Source of the DNA: an uncultured Acidobacteriota bacterium
GTDB taxonomy: Bacteria; Acidobacteriota; Thermoanaerobaculia; Multivoradales; UBA5704
Assembly (NCBI GenBank): GCA_963700145.1
Contig: OY969474.1
Coordinates: forward strand, 288,001 to 352,000
DNA length: 64,000 nt
Direction: 5' to 3'
The position numbers and the translations under genes are program-made. Position 1 is the first letter of the stretch; each line of letters opens with the position of its first letter. Below the pieces are notes generated by a model. The model was not told the origin of the DNA, did no database searches, and saw nothing but the letters and a program-made list of their open reading frames with translations. Shown here piece after piece: positions 20,273 through 31,609 of the stretch.

Positions 20273-23200
20273 ATGGCGACCCGCCACTTCACAGCCGCGG
20301 CATTGGCTGTGACGTTGGCCCTGGCGGTCGCCAGCCACGGCCCACCCCGCGGCGACGCTGCCCGCAGCAGCCCTCGGCGCGGGCTGGCGACGATCGGTTC
20401 CGTCGATCTCGGCCCCGGGCGGTTCGTGGGCCTCGCGGCGGCACCCTTCGGCTCCGGCGCACGCCCCGAGGTGTCGGTCGTGCGCGCCCTCCAGGGCGAG
20501 CTTGACACGGAACGCAGTCCCTCGCCCGAACATCTGGCCGACGCTGCCGTCTTGCGTCTCCTCGCTGCCGATGTCGGCGGGGCCATCGGTTTTCTCGAGA
20601 GGGCGCGGCGGGCTCGCCCGGACGAGCCGTCGCTGCTGAGCGATCTCGCGGCAGCCCATCTGCGGGCGGCGCACCTCGGTTTGGGCGCGCATCACCTCGT
20701 GCTCGCACTGGATGCGGCCGAGCGCGCGCTGCGCATCTCGCCGCAGCTCGCCGCGGCGCGATTCAATCAGGCCGCTGCGCTGCAAGAGCTGGGGCAACCC
20801 TTCCAGGCGCGGTTGGCCTGGGGCAGGTATCTCCGGCCCGCAATCGGTGACGAGTGGGACGAGGAGGGGCGGCGCCGGCTCGAGGCGCTGCCACGCGACG
20901 ACGCGCGACAGCACTGGGAGCGGGTCCGCGCGCAACTCCTCGGAGCCTGTCGCCGGAGCGATTCGGCGGCCGTGCGGAACCTGCTGCCGGGGTTCGGTTA
21001 CGAAACCCGGGAGCTGATCGAGGCGGAGCTGCTGCCGCAATGGGCGGTCGCCGTGCGGGAGCGGCGTTGGCAAGCGGCTGAGGCAAATCTTTCGCTGGCG
21101 GGCTGCGTGGCGCGCGGTCGCGCCGAGACGCTCGGCAGCGGGCTCCTGGCGGCGGCGGTGGCGCGGTTGAAGGTGCTGCAAGAGCGGCGAGAGGAAAGCG
21201 CCCTCGAAGAGCTCGCTGCGGCCCTTCTCGCGCTGCCTCGAGGGTTGACGCTTGCCGAGAGCTTCAAGTTCGAGGAAGCGGAGAAGCAGTTCGCGTTCGC
21301 CGAGGCGGCATTTCGCCGCGGCGGGAGCCCGCTCGCCCTGCGTGCCGCGGCCGAAGTGGCAGCGGCGCGCTTCCAGGCGCACGACTACGCGCAGGTGTTG
21401 GCGATCCTCGAGACCATCGACCACGCTCCCGAAGGCCAAGGCGATCCGTCCCTTGCCGCCCGTGTGCTCTGGCTGCGTGGCCTCGTGCACTTCATCCGCG
21501 CGCAAAACGAGCGGGCCCTGGAGAGCTACCTGGCGGGGCTCGACGCAGCGGCGCTGACACAGGATGCGACGACCGAGACGGCGCTCGCCCATCTGGTCGG
21601 CGAGACGCTGCTCGTCACCGGGGCCGAGGAGGCCGGTTGGACCTACCTCCTGCAGGCGCTGCGCCGATTGCCCGCCGTGCGCCCTCCTCACGTGGCCTAC
21701 CGCGTGGCCTCCGGAGTCGCCTATGCCTCGCTCTACGTCGGCCGGCTCGGCGCGGCCATCGGCTTTCAGCGCGAGGCGACCCGCATCACGCTCGCCGCCG
21801 GACGAGCGACCATGGGGATGCTGTCCCTGCGCCGCCAGGCCTTGATCGAGAGCCGGTTGGGCGATCAGGAGGCGGCGACGCAGCCTGGCGGCCGCAGCGG
21901 AGCTGGAACCCGACATTCCGGCGGGCGAGCAGCGCGCGGGGATGGTCACCGATCTGGCGTTGGCCGAGGGCGAGGTCCACCTCGCCGGCGGATCGTTCGG
22001 CGCCGCCGTCGTCGCCTACGACCGCGCGCTGGCCGGCTTCGAGGCCACCTCCTACCGGTTTCCGCTGGTGCGCGCGCTGGCCGGTCGTGCGCAAGCCTTG
22101 CGCCGCGCCGGCGACCCGGCGCGCGCCCGCGCCGACCTGGCGCGGGGGGTCCGCGAGGTACTGAGCGAGCGGCGAGAGGTGGCGCCGGACCAGCGTGTGC
22201 CCTTCCTGGATGCTGCCGCACCGCTGTTCGAGGAGCTCGCCGCCCACTTCGTCGAGATCGAGCGGCGCCCGGAACAAGCTCTGGTCGCCGCCGACCTGCT
22301 CAGGGCGCGGACGCTCGTCGAGGACCGCCCGGTGGAGGACTTCGAGAGCGCGGCGCCTCGGCTCCTCGCGGAGCTGCGCCGGGCCTTGCCGCCGCGGACG
22401 GCCCTGCTCGAGCTGTTGGTGCTATCGGACCGCACGTATGGCTGGTTCATCGACCGTGACGCGATGCGTTTCGCTGCGCTGCAAGTCGGGGCCGAGGACT
22501 GGGTCGCCGAGGTCGAGCGGTTCCGCGACAGCGTCCAGCACGGTGCGGCCGGCTGCGCGGAGGGCGCGCGGCTGTTCGACCGGCTGCTCGGACCCTTCCG
22601 TGACCTTCTGAGCGGCGACTCCGCGCTGCTCGTGGTGGCGGACGGGCCGCTTCACCGGCTGCCGTTCGGCGCGCTGTGTTCGAAGCCGGGACGGCGCCTG
22701 GTCGAGGATCTTGCGCTCGCGCGCCTGCCGAGCGCTTCCTATCTGCTCGCCGCGCACCGCCGGCTCCAGTCGCCGCCGGCCGCAGCGGCGCCCGCCAAGG
22801 CGCTCGTCGTCGGCGACCCTGCGATCGATCGCCGCCTCTTCCCGCATCTCGCGCCGCTGACCTGGAGCCGCAGCGAAGCGGAAGACGTCGCCGCGCGATA
22901 CCCGTCCGCCCGCCTGCTGCTGGGTGCGCGCGCGTCGCGCAGCAACGTCCTGACCCTCCTGCCGGATTTCGACGTGGTCCACCTCGCCGCTCACAACCTG
23001 ATCCGGGAAGCGGGAGCGGAGAGCTCGGCGTTGGTCCTCGCCCCGGGGACGGACGGCGCCGGCCTGCTCTCGGAAAAGGACCTCGCCTCGATCCGGCTCG
23101 AACGGCACCCGGTGGTCGTGCTGCCGGTGTGCGGGAGCGCCATCGGCCAGCCATCGCGCTCCGAAGGCCAGCTCAGCCTGGCGCGGCCGTTCTTGCGCGC

Positions 23201-23495
23201 CGGCGCCGCAGCGGTGGTGGCGACCCTGTGGCCGGTAGAGGACCAGGGGGCCGCAGCGTTTTCACGCCAGCTCCATCAACGCCTGATCGCCGGCGTGCCG
23301 CCGCTCGACGCGTTGCGCCAGGCACAGCTGTCCCTGCTTCACGGCACGGACCCAAAGCTTGCCGCTCCGTCGGTGTGGGCGGCCTTCGATCTGATCGGTC
23401 TCGGGGCGGCTGCCGCCCCGCTTTCCAGGGAGGTGTCAAATGTTCACGCTCAAGCTGGTGATCATGGGCTTGGTCGGCCTGGTGCCGGCCGATGA
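20273..23495 (+). pseudogene. TPR plus CHAT (caspase-like) protein with a frameshift near 21880
   Basis: TPR helices in two consecutive frames; VADGPLHRLPFGAL, VVHLAAH, VVLPVCGS, FLRAGAAAVVATLWPVED, WAAF; a sequence error is possible. Confidence 0.8.
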
Positions 23496-24462
23496 CGGGT
23501 TCGTCTTCGTCCTGCCGAACGTCAGTCATGCGGACATGAGGGACATGGTCCACGTTCCCATGTTGGCCTGTAATCCGGGAACGGTCTGCTCCGTCGAGGG
23601 GGGCGAGGACGAGTGGGACGCCCTCGAGACGGCGCTGAAGATCAACCCCGGCGACGACACTGTCGGCCTGCGCTTGCAGGGCGAGACGCTCACATTGGTT
23701 GGCGCCGAGCCGGGGCCTCTCGCCAAACCGTCCGCGCGTCGGTATGGCCTTCTGTCCGTGCTCTTCGGCGCCTGCCCGAAGAGCCCTACAGCGGCGCAGT
23801 CCCTCTCCTGGCTGCCGGAGCTGAGCAGAGTCGAGCCGAATGCCGCAGCCATCGATCCTGTCCACCTTCGGCAGCCAGACCCGGAAGTTGTCGCGGCACT
23901 TCTGCCGCTCTCGGTCCGCGGCACGCTGCGAGCGTACAGCTACCCGCTCTTCAAGGTGGGGAATGGAAAGGAATTCGTGCGTTCCTTCACCTTCAAGCGG
24001 CGGGGGAAGCGGGTGTTCATGACACGCCGGCACGCCGCCCCCGATGTGCTGGAGGTGACGATCCCGATCGCGGAGAGCGCCGCGCAGATTCGGCTCCAGC
24101 CTTTCTCCGGCGAGGGTGCCAGCCGGACACTCACGATCAAGCCGGAAAGCGCCGGCGGTGAGGCAGTGGTTCTGCTCGGCAACCTCACGCCAATGGGCGA
24201 GGACAAGGAGGAGCCCGTGGGCTCGGAGATCGCCCACTTCGAGCTCTACTACAAGCTGTCGAAGCTGTCGCCCGCGCCGGCCACGAACGGAACGCTCAAG
24301 GTCCCGCACATCGGCAGACGGCACGTAAAGGCTAACAAGGTGAACCCCTTGAAGATCCACGCAATCCTGGGGATCGTAAGTACCCAGAGTCCCCCTGCTG
24401 GAGGCTTTGAACGGCCCGTTTGCACCTTCACCAGCTTCACGGCCCCGCCAACTGGTAAGTGA
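23440..24462 (+). CDS. Hypothetical protein, CHAT-associated
   Basis: GGGAGG SD; overlaps the CHAT gene end; 340 aa. Confidence 0.7.
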   Translation: MFTLKLVIMGLVGLVPADDGFVFVLPNVSHADMRDMVHVPMLACNPGTVCSVEGGEDEWDALETALKINPGDDTVGLRLQGETLTLVGAEPGPLAKPSARRYGLLSVLFGACPKSPTAAQSLSWLPELSRVEPNAAAIDPVHLRQPDPEVVAALLPLSVRGTLRAYSYPLFKVGNGKEFVRSFTFKRRGKRVFMTRRHAAPDVLEVTIPIAESAAQIRLQPFSGEGASRTLTIKPESAGGEAVVLLGNLTPMGEDKEEPVGSEIAHFELYYKLSKLSPAPATNGTLKVPHIGRRHVKANKVNPLKIHAILGIVSTQSPPAGGFERPVCTFTSFTAPPTGK

Positions 24463-24472
24463 GGAGAGAGCC

Positions 24473-25876
24473 ATGTCGATCTGGGAAGAAAAGGAATGGA
24501 AGTGGCAGGACCGCCGGTCGGGCATGGTCCGCTTCATGCCTCAAAGATCACTGGTGACCGTCGCCTATCGGCCCGTTGACGCAACCGAGGCGGCGCGTGC
24601 ATCGATCGAAGCGTCGGTCAGCGCTCCGTCGATCCGCACCGGCACCCTGGATGGCTGGCGGTTCGTCGCCCGCGCCTTCGATGCCGCGAGCGGCGAGCAA
24701 GCGCTGCTGGAAAGCGTCGCGCGCACGAAGAACGGCCGCACGCTGCCGGTCGTGACGGGACAGCAGGGGGAGACGAGGTACTTCATCCCCGGACGTGTGT
24801 CGGTGCAACTCGAGGAAGGGGAGCCGCAAGACGGGCTCGATCGGCTGGCGGCGGAGCTCGCCGGCCAAGTCGTTTACCGCTCCCGGGTCGCCGCCGGCTT
24901 CGGACATATCGCCTTGCCGGTTGACGCCATCGAGCCCGAAGTCGTGGCACGGTTGAATCAGGACTCCCGCGTGCGAGTGGCGAGCCTCCCGGAGTTCGGC
25001 CTGGGAATCCTGGCGGCTGCTGTCGGTGGAACGAAGTGCAAGCCGTGGGGAGTGGGGAGGGTCCGCGCCAAGAAGGCGAAGGTTACGGGTAATGCCGAAG
25101 TCGTGGTCGGGATTGTCGATTCCGGCGTCGACCTCACGCACCCGCAGCTGCGACCTCGCCTCGTCCCGCCGGTGCCCGGCGAGGATCGGGATTTCCTGGA
25201 CCCGGCGGACGTCAGCCCACACACGCTCGAGGATGGACATGGGACGCATGTCGCCGGCATCGTCGCGGCCGTGGCGCCACAGTGCAGGCTGCTGCCGGTG
25301 CAGGTGGGCCTCCTGGAGAACGGTCAAGACACCGCCTACAAGGAGGCGCTCATGCTCCTGGCAGGCAGGGCGGCGGCGGGGGCGCGCATGGTGGTGAACA
25401 TGAGCTTCGACCTGGGCGGTGCCGAGCCGCCGCAAGTCAAGGACGCCGTCGCGCAAGCCCACCGGGCGGGCGCTCTGCTGATCGCTGCGGCAGGCAACCG
25501 GACGCAGGAGATAGGCACCACGAGGAAGTCCTTTCCGGCGAGTTTCCCCGAGGTAGCCGCGATCGCGGCGACCAATCCCGATGACGAGAAGATCGCCAGG
25601 TCCAACTTCGGCATCCCGATCGCTGCCTCGGCCCCCGGCGCGAATATCCGCTCGACGGTGCCGGGAGGCGGAACAGGGTGCATGTCGGGCACGTCGATGG
25701 CCGCGCCGCACGCCGCCGGGGTCGCGGCCTTGATCTGGCGCCAGCACGGCCATCTCGCCGCGGCGGGAGTGCTCGCGCGGCTCCGCTCCGGCTGCGACGA
25801 CATCAGGGCGAGAAACGACCCGGCTCTTGCCGGCAAGCTGGGCGCCGGGCGACTCAACGCCCAGAGATCGGTCTGA
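24473..25876 (+). CDS. S8 subtilisin-family serine peptidase
   Basis: IVDSG, HGTHVAGIVAA, AAAGN, SGTSMAAPH; GAGGAG SD. Confidence 0.92.
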   Translation: MSIWEEKEWKWQDRRSGMVRFMPQRSLVTVAYRPVDATEAARASIEASVSAPSIRTGTLDGWRFVARAFDAASGEQALLESVARTKNGRTLPVVTGQQGETRYFIPGRVSVQLEEGEPQDGLDRLAAELAGQVVYRSRVAAGFGHIALPVDAIEPEVVARLNQDSRVRVASLPEFGLGILAAAVGGTKCKPWGVGRVRAKKAKVTGNAEVVVGIVDSGVDLTHPQLRPRLVPPVPGEDRDFLDPADVSPHTLEDGHGTHVAGIVAAVAPQCRLLPVQVGLLENGQDTAYKEALMLLAGRAAAGARMVVNMSFDLGGAEPPQVKDAVAQAHRAGALLIAAAGNRTQEIGTTRKSFPASFPEVAAIAATNPDDEKIARSNFGIPIAASAPGANIRSTVPGGGTGCMSGTSMAAPHAAGVAALIWRQHGHLAAAGVLARLRSGCDDIRARNDPALAGKLGAGRLNAQRSV

Positions 25877-25894
25877 CCGGATCTTTCCCGCCGG

Positions 25895-28525
25895 TCACTC
25901 CGCCCGCAGCGCCAGGTTCGGGTTGATCCGCGTCGCCCGGCGGGCGGGGAGCCAGCAGGCGACGGTGCCGGCGGCCAGCAGGGTGAGGGCGGTGGCGGCG
26001 TAGGTCGCCGGCGCGTCGGCGCGGACGCCGTAGAGGAGGTCCTGGAGGGCGGCGCCGAGGGCGAAGGCGAGGAGCAGGCCGAGCGCCACGCCGGCGCCGC
26101 AGAGGATGACGCCGCGGCGCAGAACGTGGCGCAGCAGGCGGCCGGGCGAGGCGCCGAGCGCGCCGCGCACCGCCAGCTCCGGCGTGCGCTGGACGACGCC
26201 GTAGGCCACGACGCCGGCGGCGCCCACGGCGGCGAGCAGCAGGCCGACGCCGGCGAAGAGGGCCACCACCACCGTCTGGAGACGCGGCTCGGCGACGCTC
26301 CCCGCGATCACCGCCGACATCGTCCGCACGTCGAAGAACGGGCGGTCGGGCGAGAGGCGCGCCGTCACCTGCCGCAGCTCGCCGGCCAGGGCGTCGGGGT
26401 CGCCGGCGGTGCGGGCGAGGAGGTTCATCGTCGGCAGGATCACCCAGGTGCTCGACATGTAGATGGTCGGCGTGATGCCCTCCGCCAGGCTGAGCTGGCG
26501 GGAGTCGCCGACCAGGCCGACGACGTTGTAGGCCTGACCGTTGCTCAGCCACACCTGGCGGCCGACGGGATCGGCGCCGTCCGGCCACACCCGCCGGGCA
26601 AGCGCCTCCGAGACCACGACCGAGCGATGGTGCTCGCCGCTCTGGAACCAGCGCCCGCGGCGCAGCGGGATGCCGAGCGTGGACAGGTAGTCCGGCGTCA
26701 CCGTGCGCCACGACGCCTGCACGCCCTCCTCCCCGCCGGGCGCGATGCGCTGCGCCGCGGCCGCCATCGTGGTGTCCACCTCGCCCAGCGGGATCTCGCT
26801 CGACATGCCGGCCGAGACGACGCCCGGCAGCGCGCCGACCTCGGCGAGCAGCGCGTCGAGCAGGACCTGATCCTCCGGGTGGCCCTCCTCGTCCCCCCAG
26901 TCCGGAAACGAGATGCGCGCGGTCACGAGCTGGTCGGGCTGGAAGCCGAGCGCCACGCTCTGGAGCCGGACGAAGCTCTGGACGAGGAGGGCGGCGGCGA
27001 CGACCAGCATGGTGGCGAGCGCGAGCTGGGTGACGACGAGCGCCTCGCGCACCGGCGTCCGCGCCGCGTCGACGGTGGAGCGCCCGCCCTGCTGCAGCGC
27101 GGCGTGGAGGTCGGCGCCGCCGGCCAGGAGCGCGGGGAGCAGGCCGAAGCCGACGGCGGTCAAGCCCGTGATCAGGAGGCCCGCCGCCGCCACCGGCCAG
27201 CTCAGCTCGAGCGCCGCCAGGCGCGGCATCGACGCCGGCAGCACGGCCGCGGCGCCCTCGACGGCGGCCCAGGCGAGGCCGAGCCCGAGCGCGCCGCCCA
27301 GGGCGGCGAGCACCAGGCTCTCGACCATCAGGTGCCGCACGACGCGCGCCGGGCTCGCGCCGAGCGCCCGGCGCACACCGATCTCCCGCGTCCGCGCCGT
27401 GGCGCGCGCCAGCTGGAGATTGGCGACGTTGGCGCAGGCGACGAGCAGCAGGACCCCCACCGCCGCCAGCAGCACGAGGAGCCGCGCCCGCAGCTCGGGG
27501 TCCACGATCCAATCCCGCGCCGGCTTGACCAGCGCTCCCCACCCCTCGTTGCTGTCGGGGAACTCGCGCGCCAGCGCCGCGGCGATCGATTCCATCTCCG
27601 CCGTCGCCCGCTCCGGCGTCACGCCCGGCGCCAGCCGCCCGAGCACTAGGAGGCGCCGGTCGCCGCGCCAGTAGACCCCCGGGTCCGGCTTGAGCGGCAG
27701 CCAGACGTCGATGTCGGTCGAGAAGCCGACGTCCTGCGGCGCGATGCCGACCACCGTGTGCGGCGCGCCCTCGATGCGGACGGGGCGGCCGAGCAGCGAC
27801 CGGTCGCCGCCGAAGCGGCGGCGCCAGAGCCGCTCGCTCAGGATCGCGACGGCGGCGCCCCCCGGACGGTCCTCGGCGGCGCTGAAGGCGCGGCCGGCGA
27901 CCAGCGGCAGGCCCAGGACCTCGAAGAGGTCGGCCGACACCGCCAGGCCGTCGAGGCGCTCCGCGCCGCGCTCGCCGCTCAGGTTGACGCCGACCTCGCG
28001 CAGGCCGGCCAGAGCGGTGAAGCTCCGCGCCTGCTCCTCCCAGGAGAGGAAGTTGGGGTACGAGACCGCGAAATCGTCAATGTCGCGGGGGAGGTTCGTC
28101 TCGGCGAGGAAGACGACCCGCTCCGGCTGGCGGTAGGGGAGGGGGGCGAGCAGCACGGCGTGGACGAGGCTGAAGATGGTCGTCGCCCCGCCGATGCCCA
28201 AGGCCAGCGTCGCCCCGGAGGCGAGCGTGAACGAGAGGTTGCGCGAGCGGAAGAGGGCGCGCCAGGCGTGGCGCAGGTCCTGGGCCAGGAGATGGCGGTG
28301 CTCGCCGAGCGCCGTCGCCAGCGTGTCGGCCCCGACCGACAGCGCCAGCCGGCCGGCGGCGAGGGCGCCGCCCGTGCGCCGCACCTCCGCCCAGCGGCCG
28401 GCGAAGGCGGCGCTCATCTCGCCGCCGTACTCCTCGCGGAAGGGCCCGGGGTAGCAGCGCAGCAGCGCCGCGTAGGCGCGCCCCGCCCAGCTCCCGCCGG
28501 CGTCGCGGCTGCCCGCGGCGCTCAC
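25895..28525 (-). CDS. ADOP-family duplicated ABC permease (MacB/FtsX-like)
   Basis: TLALGIGGATTIFS, LLVACANVANL, REIGVRRALGAS, PARRATRINP. Confidence 0.92.
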   Translation of the reverse strand: MSAAGSRDAGGSWAGRAYAALLRCYPGPFREEYGGEMSAAFAGRWAEVRRTGGALAAGRLALSVGADTLATALGEHRHLLAQDLRHAWRALFRSRNLSFTLASGATLALGIGGATTIFSLVHAVLLAPLPYRQPERVVFLAETNLPRDIDDFAVSYPNFLSWEEQARSFTALAGLREVGVNLSGERGAERLDGLAVSADLFEVLGLPLVAGRAFSAAEDRPGGAAVAILSERLWRRRFGGDRSLLGRPVRIEGAPHTVVGIAPQDVGFSTDIDVWLPLKPDPGVYWRGDRRLLVLGRLAPGVTPERATAEMESIAAALAREFPDSNEGWGALVKPARDWIVDPELRARLLVLLAAVGVLLLVACANVANLQLARATARTREIGVRRALGASPARVVRHLMVESLVLAALGGALGLGLAWAAVEGAAAVLPASMPRLAALELSWPVAAAGLLITGLTAVGFGLLPALLAGGADLHAALQQGGRSTVDAARTPVREALVVTQLALATMLVVAAALLVQSFVRLQSVALGFQPDQLVTARISFPDWGDEEGHPEDQVLLDALLAEVGALPGVVSAGMSSEIPLGEVDTTMAAAAQRIAPGGEEGVQASWRTVTPDYLSTLGIPLRRGRWFQSGEHHRSVVVSEALARRVWPDGADPVGRQVWLSNGQAYNVVGLVGDSRQLSLAEGITPTIYMSSTWVILPTMNLLARTAGDPDALAGELRQVTARLSPDRPFFDVRTMSAVIAGSVAEPRLQTVVVALFAGVGLLLAAVGAAGVVAYGVVQRTPELAVRGALGASPGRLLRHVLRRGVILCGAGVALGLLLAFALGAALQDLLYGVRADAPATYAATALTLLAAGTVACWLPARRATRINPNLALRAE

Positions 28526-28893
28526 GTCCGCCGCGGGGCGAGCCCCGCCCTCCGGCCGAGGTCGACCAGCTCGCCGAGCCGCGCCAGCTCGCGTTGCGCG
28601 GCGCGCCGCCCGGCGGGCGTCAGCCGGTAGTGCCGGCGGCGCTCGTCCTGGCCGCTTGCGACCTCGCGGTCGGCGAGCTCGACGATGAGGCCCTGCTCGA
28701 GCAGCCGCCGCAGCGTCGTGTAGAGCGTCCCGGGGTTGAGCTTGGTGCGGCCGCCGCTGCGCTCGGCGACCTCCTGCATGATGGCGTAGCCGTGCCGGTC
28801 CGACTCGGCCAGCGCGACCAGGATGTGGAACGCGGCCGCGGGCAGCGGCGGCTCCTCGGGCGTGGGGTCTGCGGGGGGTTCGCGGCGGCTCAT
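28522..28893 (-). CDS. PadR-family transcriptional regulator
   Basis: HGYAIMQEV, PGTLYTTLRRL, RRRHYRLTPAG; overlaps the permease start. Confidence 0.92.
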   Translation of the reverse strand: MSRREPPADPTPEEPPLPAAAFHILVALAESDRHGYAIMQEVAERSGGRTKLNPGTLYTTLRRLLEQGLIVELADREVASGQDERRRHYRLTPAGRRAAQRELARLGELVDLGRRAGLAPRRT

Positions 28894-28899
28894 GCCGCG

Positions 28900-28929
28900 A
28901 CTATATCTACACCAGATATATTAGGTCAA
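28900..28929 (-). promoter_or_regulatory. padR promoter with palindromic operator
   Basis: TTGACC-N18-TATAGT, 6 nt before ATG; inverted repeat TATATCT-acacc-AGATATA at 28902-28920. Confidence 0.7.
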
Positions 28930-30611
28930 GATACAGAGACGGCGGCGTGGCCGTTGCCGCCGGCGGCGGCTGTCTGCTCGAAGGTGCTCAGCAGCTTCAG
29001 CAGCGTCGCGGGATCGACCGGCTTGACGATGTGCTGGTCGAAGCCGGCCTCCTGCGACTGCCGCTTGTCCTCCTCCTGCCCCCAGCCGGTGATGGCGATC
29101 AGCACCACCCCCTGGCCGCGCGGCTGGCTGCGGATCCGGCGCGCCACCTCGTAGCCGTTGAGCTTCGGCAGGCCGATGTCGAGCAGCACGACGTCGGGCC
29201 GGAACTCGCTCGCCGCCGCCAGCGCCTCGACGCCGTCGTGGGCGGTGCGGACGTCGTGCCCGGTCAGCTCGAGCAGCAGGGCGAGCGTGGCGGCGGCGTC
29301 GCGGTTGTCGTCCACCACCAGGATGCGCAGCGGCGCGCCGGCGCGGGCACGCTCCTCATGGAGGTCGGGGTGGGGCAGTGCTCGCGGCACCTCGGCCGTG
29401 GCCGGCAGGCAGATCGTGAACTCGCTGCCGCGGCCCGGCCCGTCGCTGTGGGCGTCGATCGTGCCGCCGTGCATCTCGACCAGCCGCTTGGCGAGCGTCA
29501 GGCCGATGCCCAGCCCCCCCTGCGCGCGCTCCAGCGAGCGGTCCACCTGGGTGAACATCTCGAAGATCGAGGGGAGCATCTCCTCCGGGATCCCGATGCC
29601 GGTGTCGCGCACGGTGATCGCCGCTTCGCCCGCACGCCGCTCCAGCGCCACCGTGATGTGCCCGCCGCGCGGCGTGTACTTGGCGGCGTTGTTGACCAGG
29701 TTCGAGAGCGCCTGCGCCAGCCGCGTCGGGTCGGCGTCGACGAAGATCGGCCGCGGCGGCACGGCCACCGTCAGCCGGTGGCCGCCGGCCCCGAGCAGCG
29801 GCCGGCTGGTCTCGACGGCGGACCGCACCAGCCCCGCCAGCTCGATCCGCTCCAGGCGCAGCTCGAGCTTGTTGCGGGTGATGCGCGAGACGTCGAGCAG
29901 GTCGTCCACCAGTCGCGTCATCTGCTCCATCTGGCGGTCGATGACCTCGAGCGCCCAGCGCGCCTCGGTCGTCGTGCCCTTTTGCCGGTTCAGGATCTCG
30001 ACGGCGTTGCGGATCGGCGCCAGCGGGTTGCGCAGCTCGTGCGCCAGGGTGGCCAGGAACTCGTCCTTCGAGCGGTCGGCCTGGCGCAGCGCCTCCTCGG
30101 CCCGCTTGCGGTCGCTGATGTCCACCAGCACGTTGACCGCCCCGGCGACGGCCCCCGACTCGTCACGGATCGGGTTGGCGTGGGCGAGGGCGGTGAGGCG
30201 GCGGCCGTCCGGCTGCTCGACGACGATCTCGTGCCCGTTGTACTCCTCGTTGTTCCGCAGCGCCAGTGCCATCCAGCACTCGTCGTGGCAGAGGGGGTTG
30301 CCCTCGGCCGAGTAGAGCTTGAACGAGCCGCAGTAGCGGTCCTCGGGGTGGTTGAGCTGCGGCTCCCGCCCCCAGATCTCGACCGCCCGCTGGTTGTAAA
30401 AAGTAATCAGGCCGTGGGGGTCGCACGTGTAAGCCCCGGCAGGGAGCTTCTCCAGGAGGCGCCGGAACTCCAGGGCGCTCCAGGGCAGGGGAATTACGGA
30501 GGTCTGTAGAGGAGCGCTGGCTTGGGGGCTGGGTTCGCTTACCACCGGTTTTCCTGCATCGCTCGGTGAAAGCGCACTTCGAGCGCTACACCCGCACCCA
30601 TTCACCAGCAA
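28926..30611 (-). CDS. Hybrid PAS histidine kinase/response regulator
   Basis: PAS/PAC, LAHELRNPL, GGLGIGL, receiver LVVDDN...LLDIGLP...KP; start uncertain. Confidence 0.9.
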   Translation of the reverse strand: MLVNGCGCSARSALSPSDAGKPVVSEPSPQASAPLQTSVIPLPWSALEFRRLLEKLPAGAYTCDPHGLITFYNQRAVEIWGREPQLNHPEDRYCGSFKLYSAEGNPLCHDECWMALALRNNEEYNGHEIVVEQPDGRRLTALAHANPIRDESGAVAGAVNVLVDISDRKRAEEALRQADRSKDEFLATLAHELRNPLAPIRNAVEILNRQKGTTTEARWALEVIDRQMEQMTRLVDDLLDVSRITRNKLELRLERIELAGLVRSAVETSRPLLGAGGHRLTVAVPPRPIFVDADPTRLAQALSNLVNNAAKYTPRGGHITVALERRAGEAAITVRDTGIGIPEEMLPSIFEMFTQVDRSLERAQGGLGIGLTLAKRLVEMHGGTIDAHSDGPGRGSEFTICLPATAEVPRALPHPDLHEERARAGAPLRILVVDDNRDAAATLALLLELTGHDVRTAHDGVEALAAASEFRPDVVLLDIGLPKLNGYEVARRIRSQPRGQGVVLIAITGWGQEEDKRQSQEAGFDQHIVKPVDPATLLKLLSTFEQTAAAGGNGHAAVSVS

Positions 30612-30620
30612 ACCCCGTGC

Positions 30621-31079
30621 CTAGAACGGGATGTCGTCGTCCTCCGCGGCCCCACCGCCGGCGCCGCCGCCACCGTAGGCGGGGGCTTCGTCGTAGCCGC
30701 TCTCGGCGGGATGGCTCTGGCCGCCGGGCTCGAAGTCGCCGCCGCCGCCGCGGCCGCCGCCCAGCATCTGGAAGTTGTCGCAGACGATCTCGGTGCGGTA
30801 GCGCTTCTCGCCGCTCTGGCGGTCCTCCCAGGAGCGGGTCTGGAGGCGCCCTTCGACGTAGATCTGCTTGCCCTTGGTCAGGTACTGGCCGGCGATCTCC
30901 GCCTGCCGCCCCCAGACCACGATGTTGTGCCACTCGGTCTGCTCCTGCTTGGCGCCGCTCTTGTCGCGCCAGCGGCGGTTGGTGGCGAGGGTGAAGCTCG
31001 CGACCGGCTGCCCCGAGGGGGTGGAGCGGACCTCCGGGTCGCGGCCCAGGTTGCCGATGAGCATGACCTTATTGAGCAT
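30621..31079 (-). CDS. ssb: Single-stranded DNA-binding protein
   Basis: [27 protein letters not shown] tail. Confidence 0.97.
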   Translation of the reverse strand: MLNKVMLIGNLGRDPEVRSTPSGQPVASFTLATNRRWRDKSGAKQEQTEWHNIVVWGRQAEIAGQYLTKGKQIYVEGRLQTRSWEDRQSGEKRYRTEIVCDNFQMLGGGRGGGGDFEPGGQSHPAESGYDEAPAYGGGGAGGGAAEDDDIPF

Positions 31080-31153
31080 GGATGGGGTCTCCCGAATGCC
31101 GTCGCGGGTTAAGGTATCACGGCGGTTTCTTCCAACGGAGTAGACGGAAAACG

Positions 31154-31609
31154 ATGCGTCTGGTCGTGCAGCGGGTGCGCTCGGCGGCCGTGCGGGTGGC
31201 CGGGGAGACGGTGGGGCGGATCGGCCCCGGGCTCCTCGTCTTCGCCGGCGTCGAGCGCGGCGACGGCCCCGCCGCGGCCGACGCGGCGGCCGAGAAGCTC
31301 GCCGGCCTCCGCGTCTTCGAGGACGCGGCCGGCAAGATGAACCTCGACGCCGCGGCCGCCGGCGGCGCCTTCCTCGTCGTCTCGCAGTTCACCCTGGCCG
31401 GCGAGCCCTTGGCGCGCGGCCGCCGCCCCTCCTTCGACGCCGCCGCGCCGCCCGCCGAGGCGGAGCCGCTCGTCGACCGCCTCGTCGCCCGCCTGCGCGA
31501 GCGCGGCTACGCCGTCGAGACCGGCCGCTTCCGCGCGCTGATGGAGGTCGAGTCGGTCAACGACGGCCCCGTCACCTTCGTCCTGGACGTCAATCCGCAA
31601 GTCCCGTAG
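31154..31609 (+). CDS. dtd: D-aminoacyl-tRNA deacylase
   Basis: [20 protein letters not shown]. Confidence 0.95.
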   Translation: MRLVVQRVRSAAVRVAGETVGRIGPGLLVFAGVERGDGPAAADAAAEKLAGLRVFEDAAGKMNLDAAAAGGAFLVVSQFTLAGEPLARGRRPSFDAAAPPAEAEPLVDRLVARLRERGYAVETGRFRALMEVESVNDGPVTFVLDVNPQVP

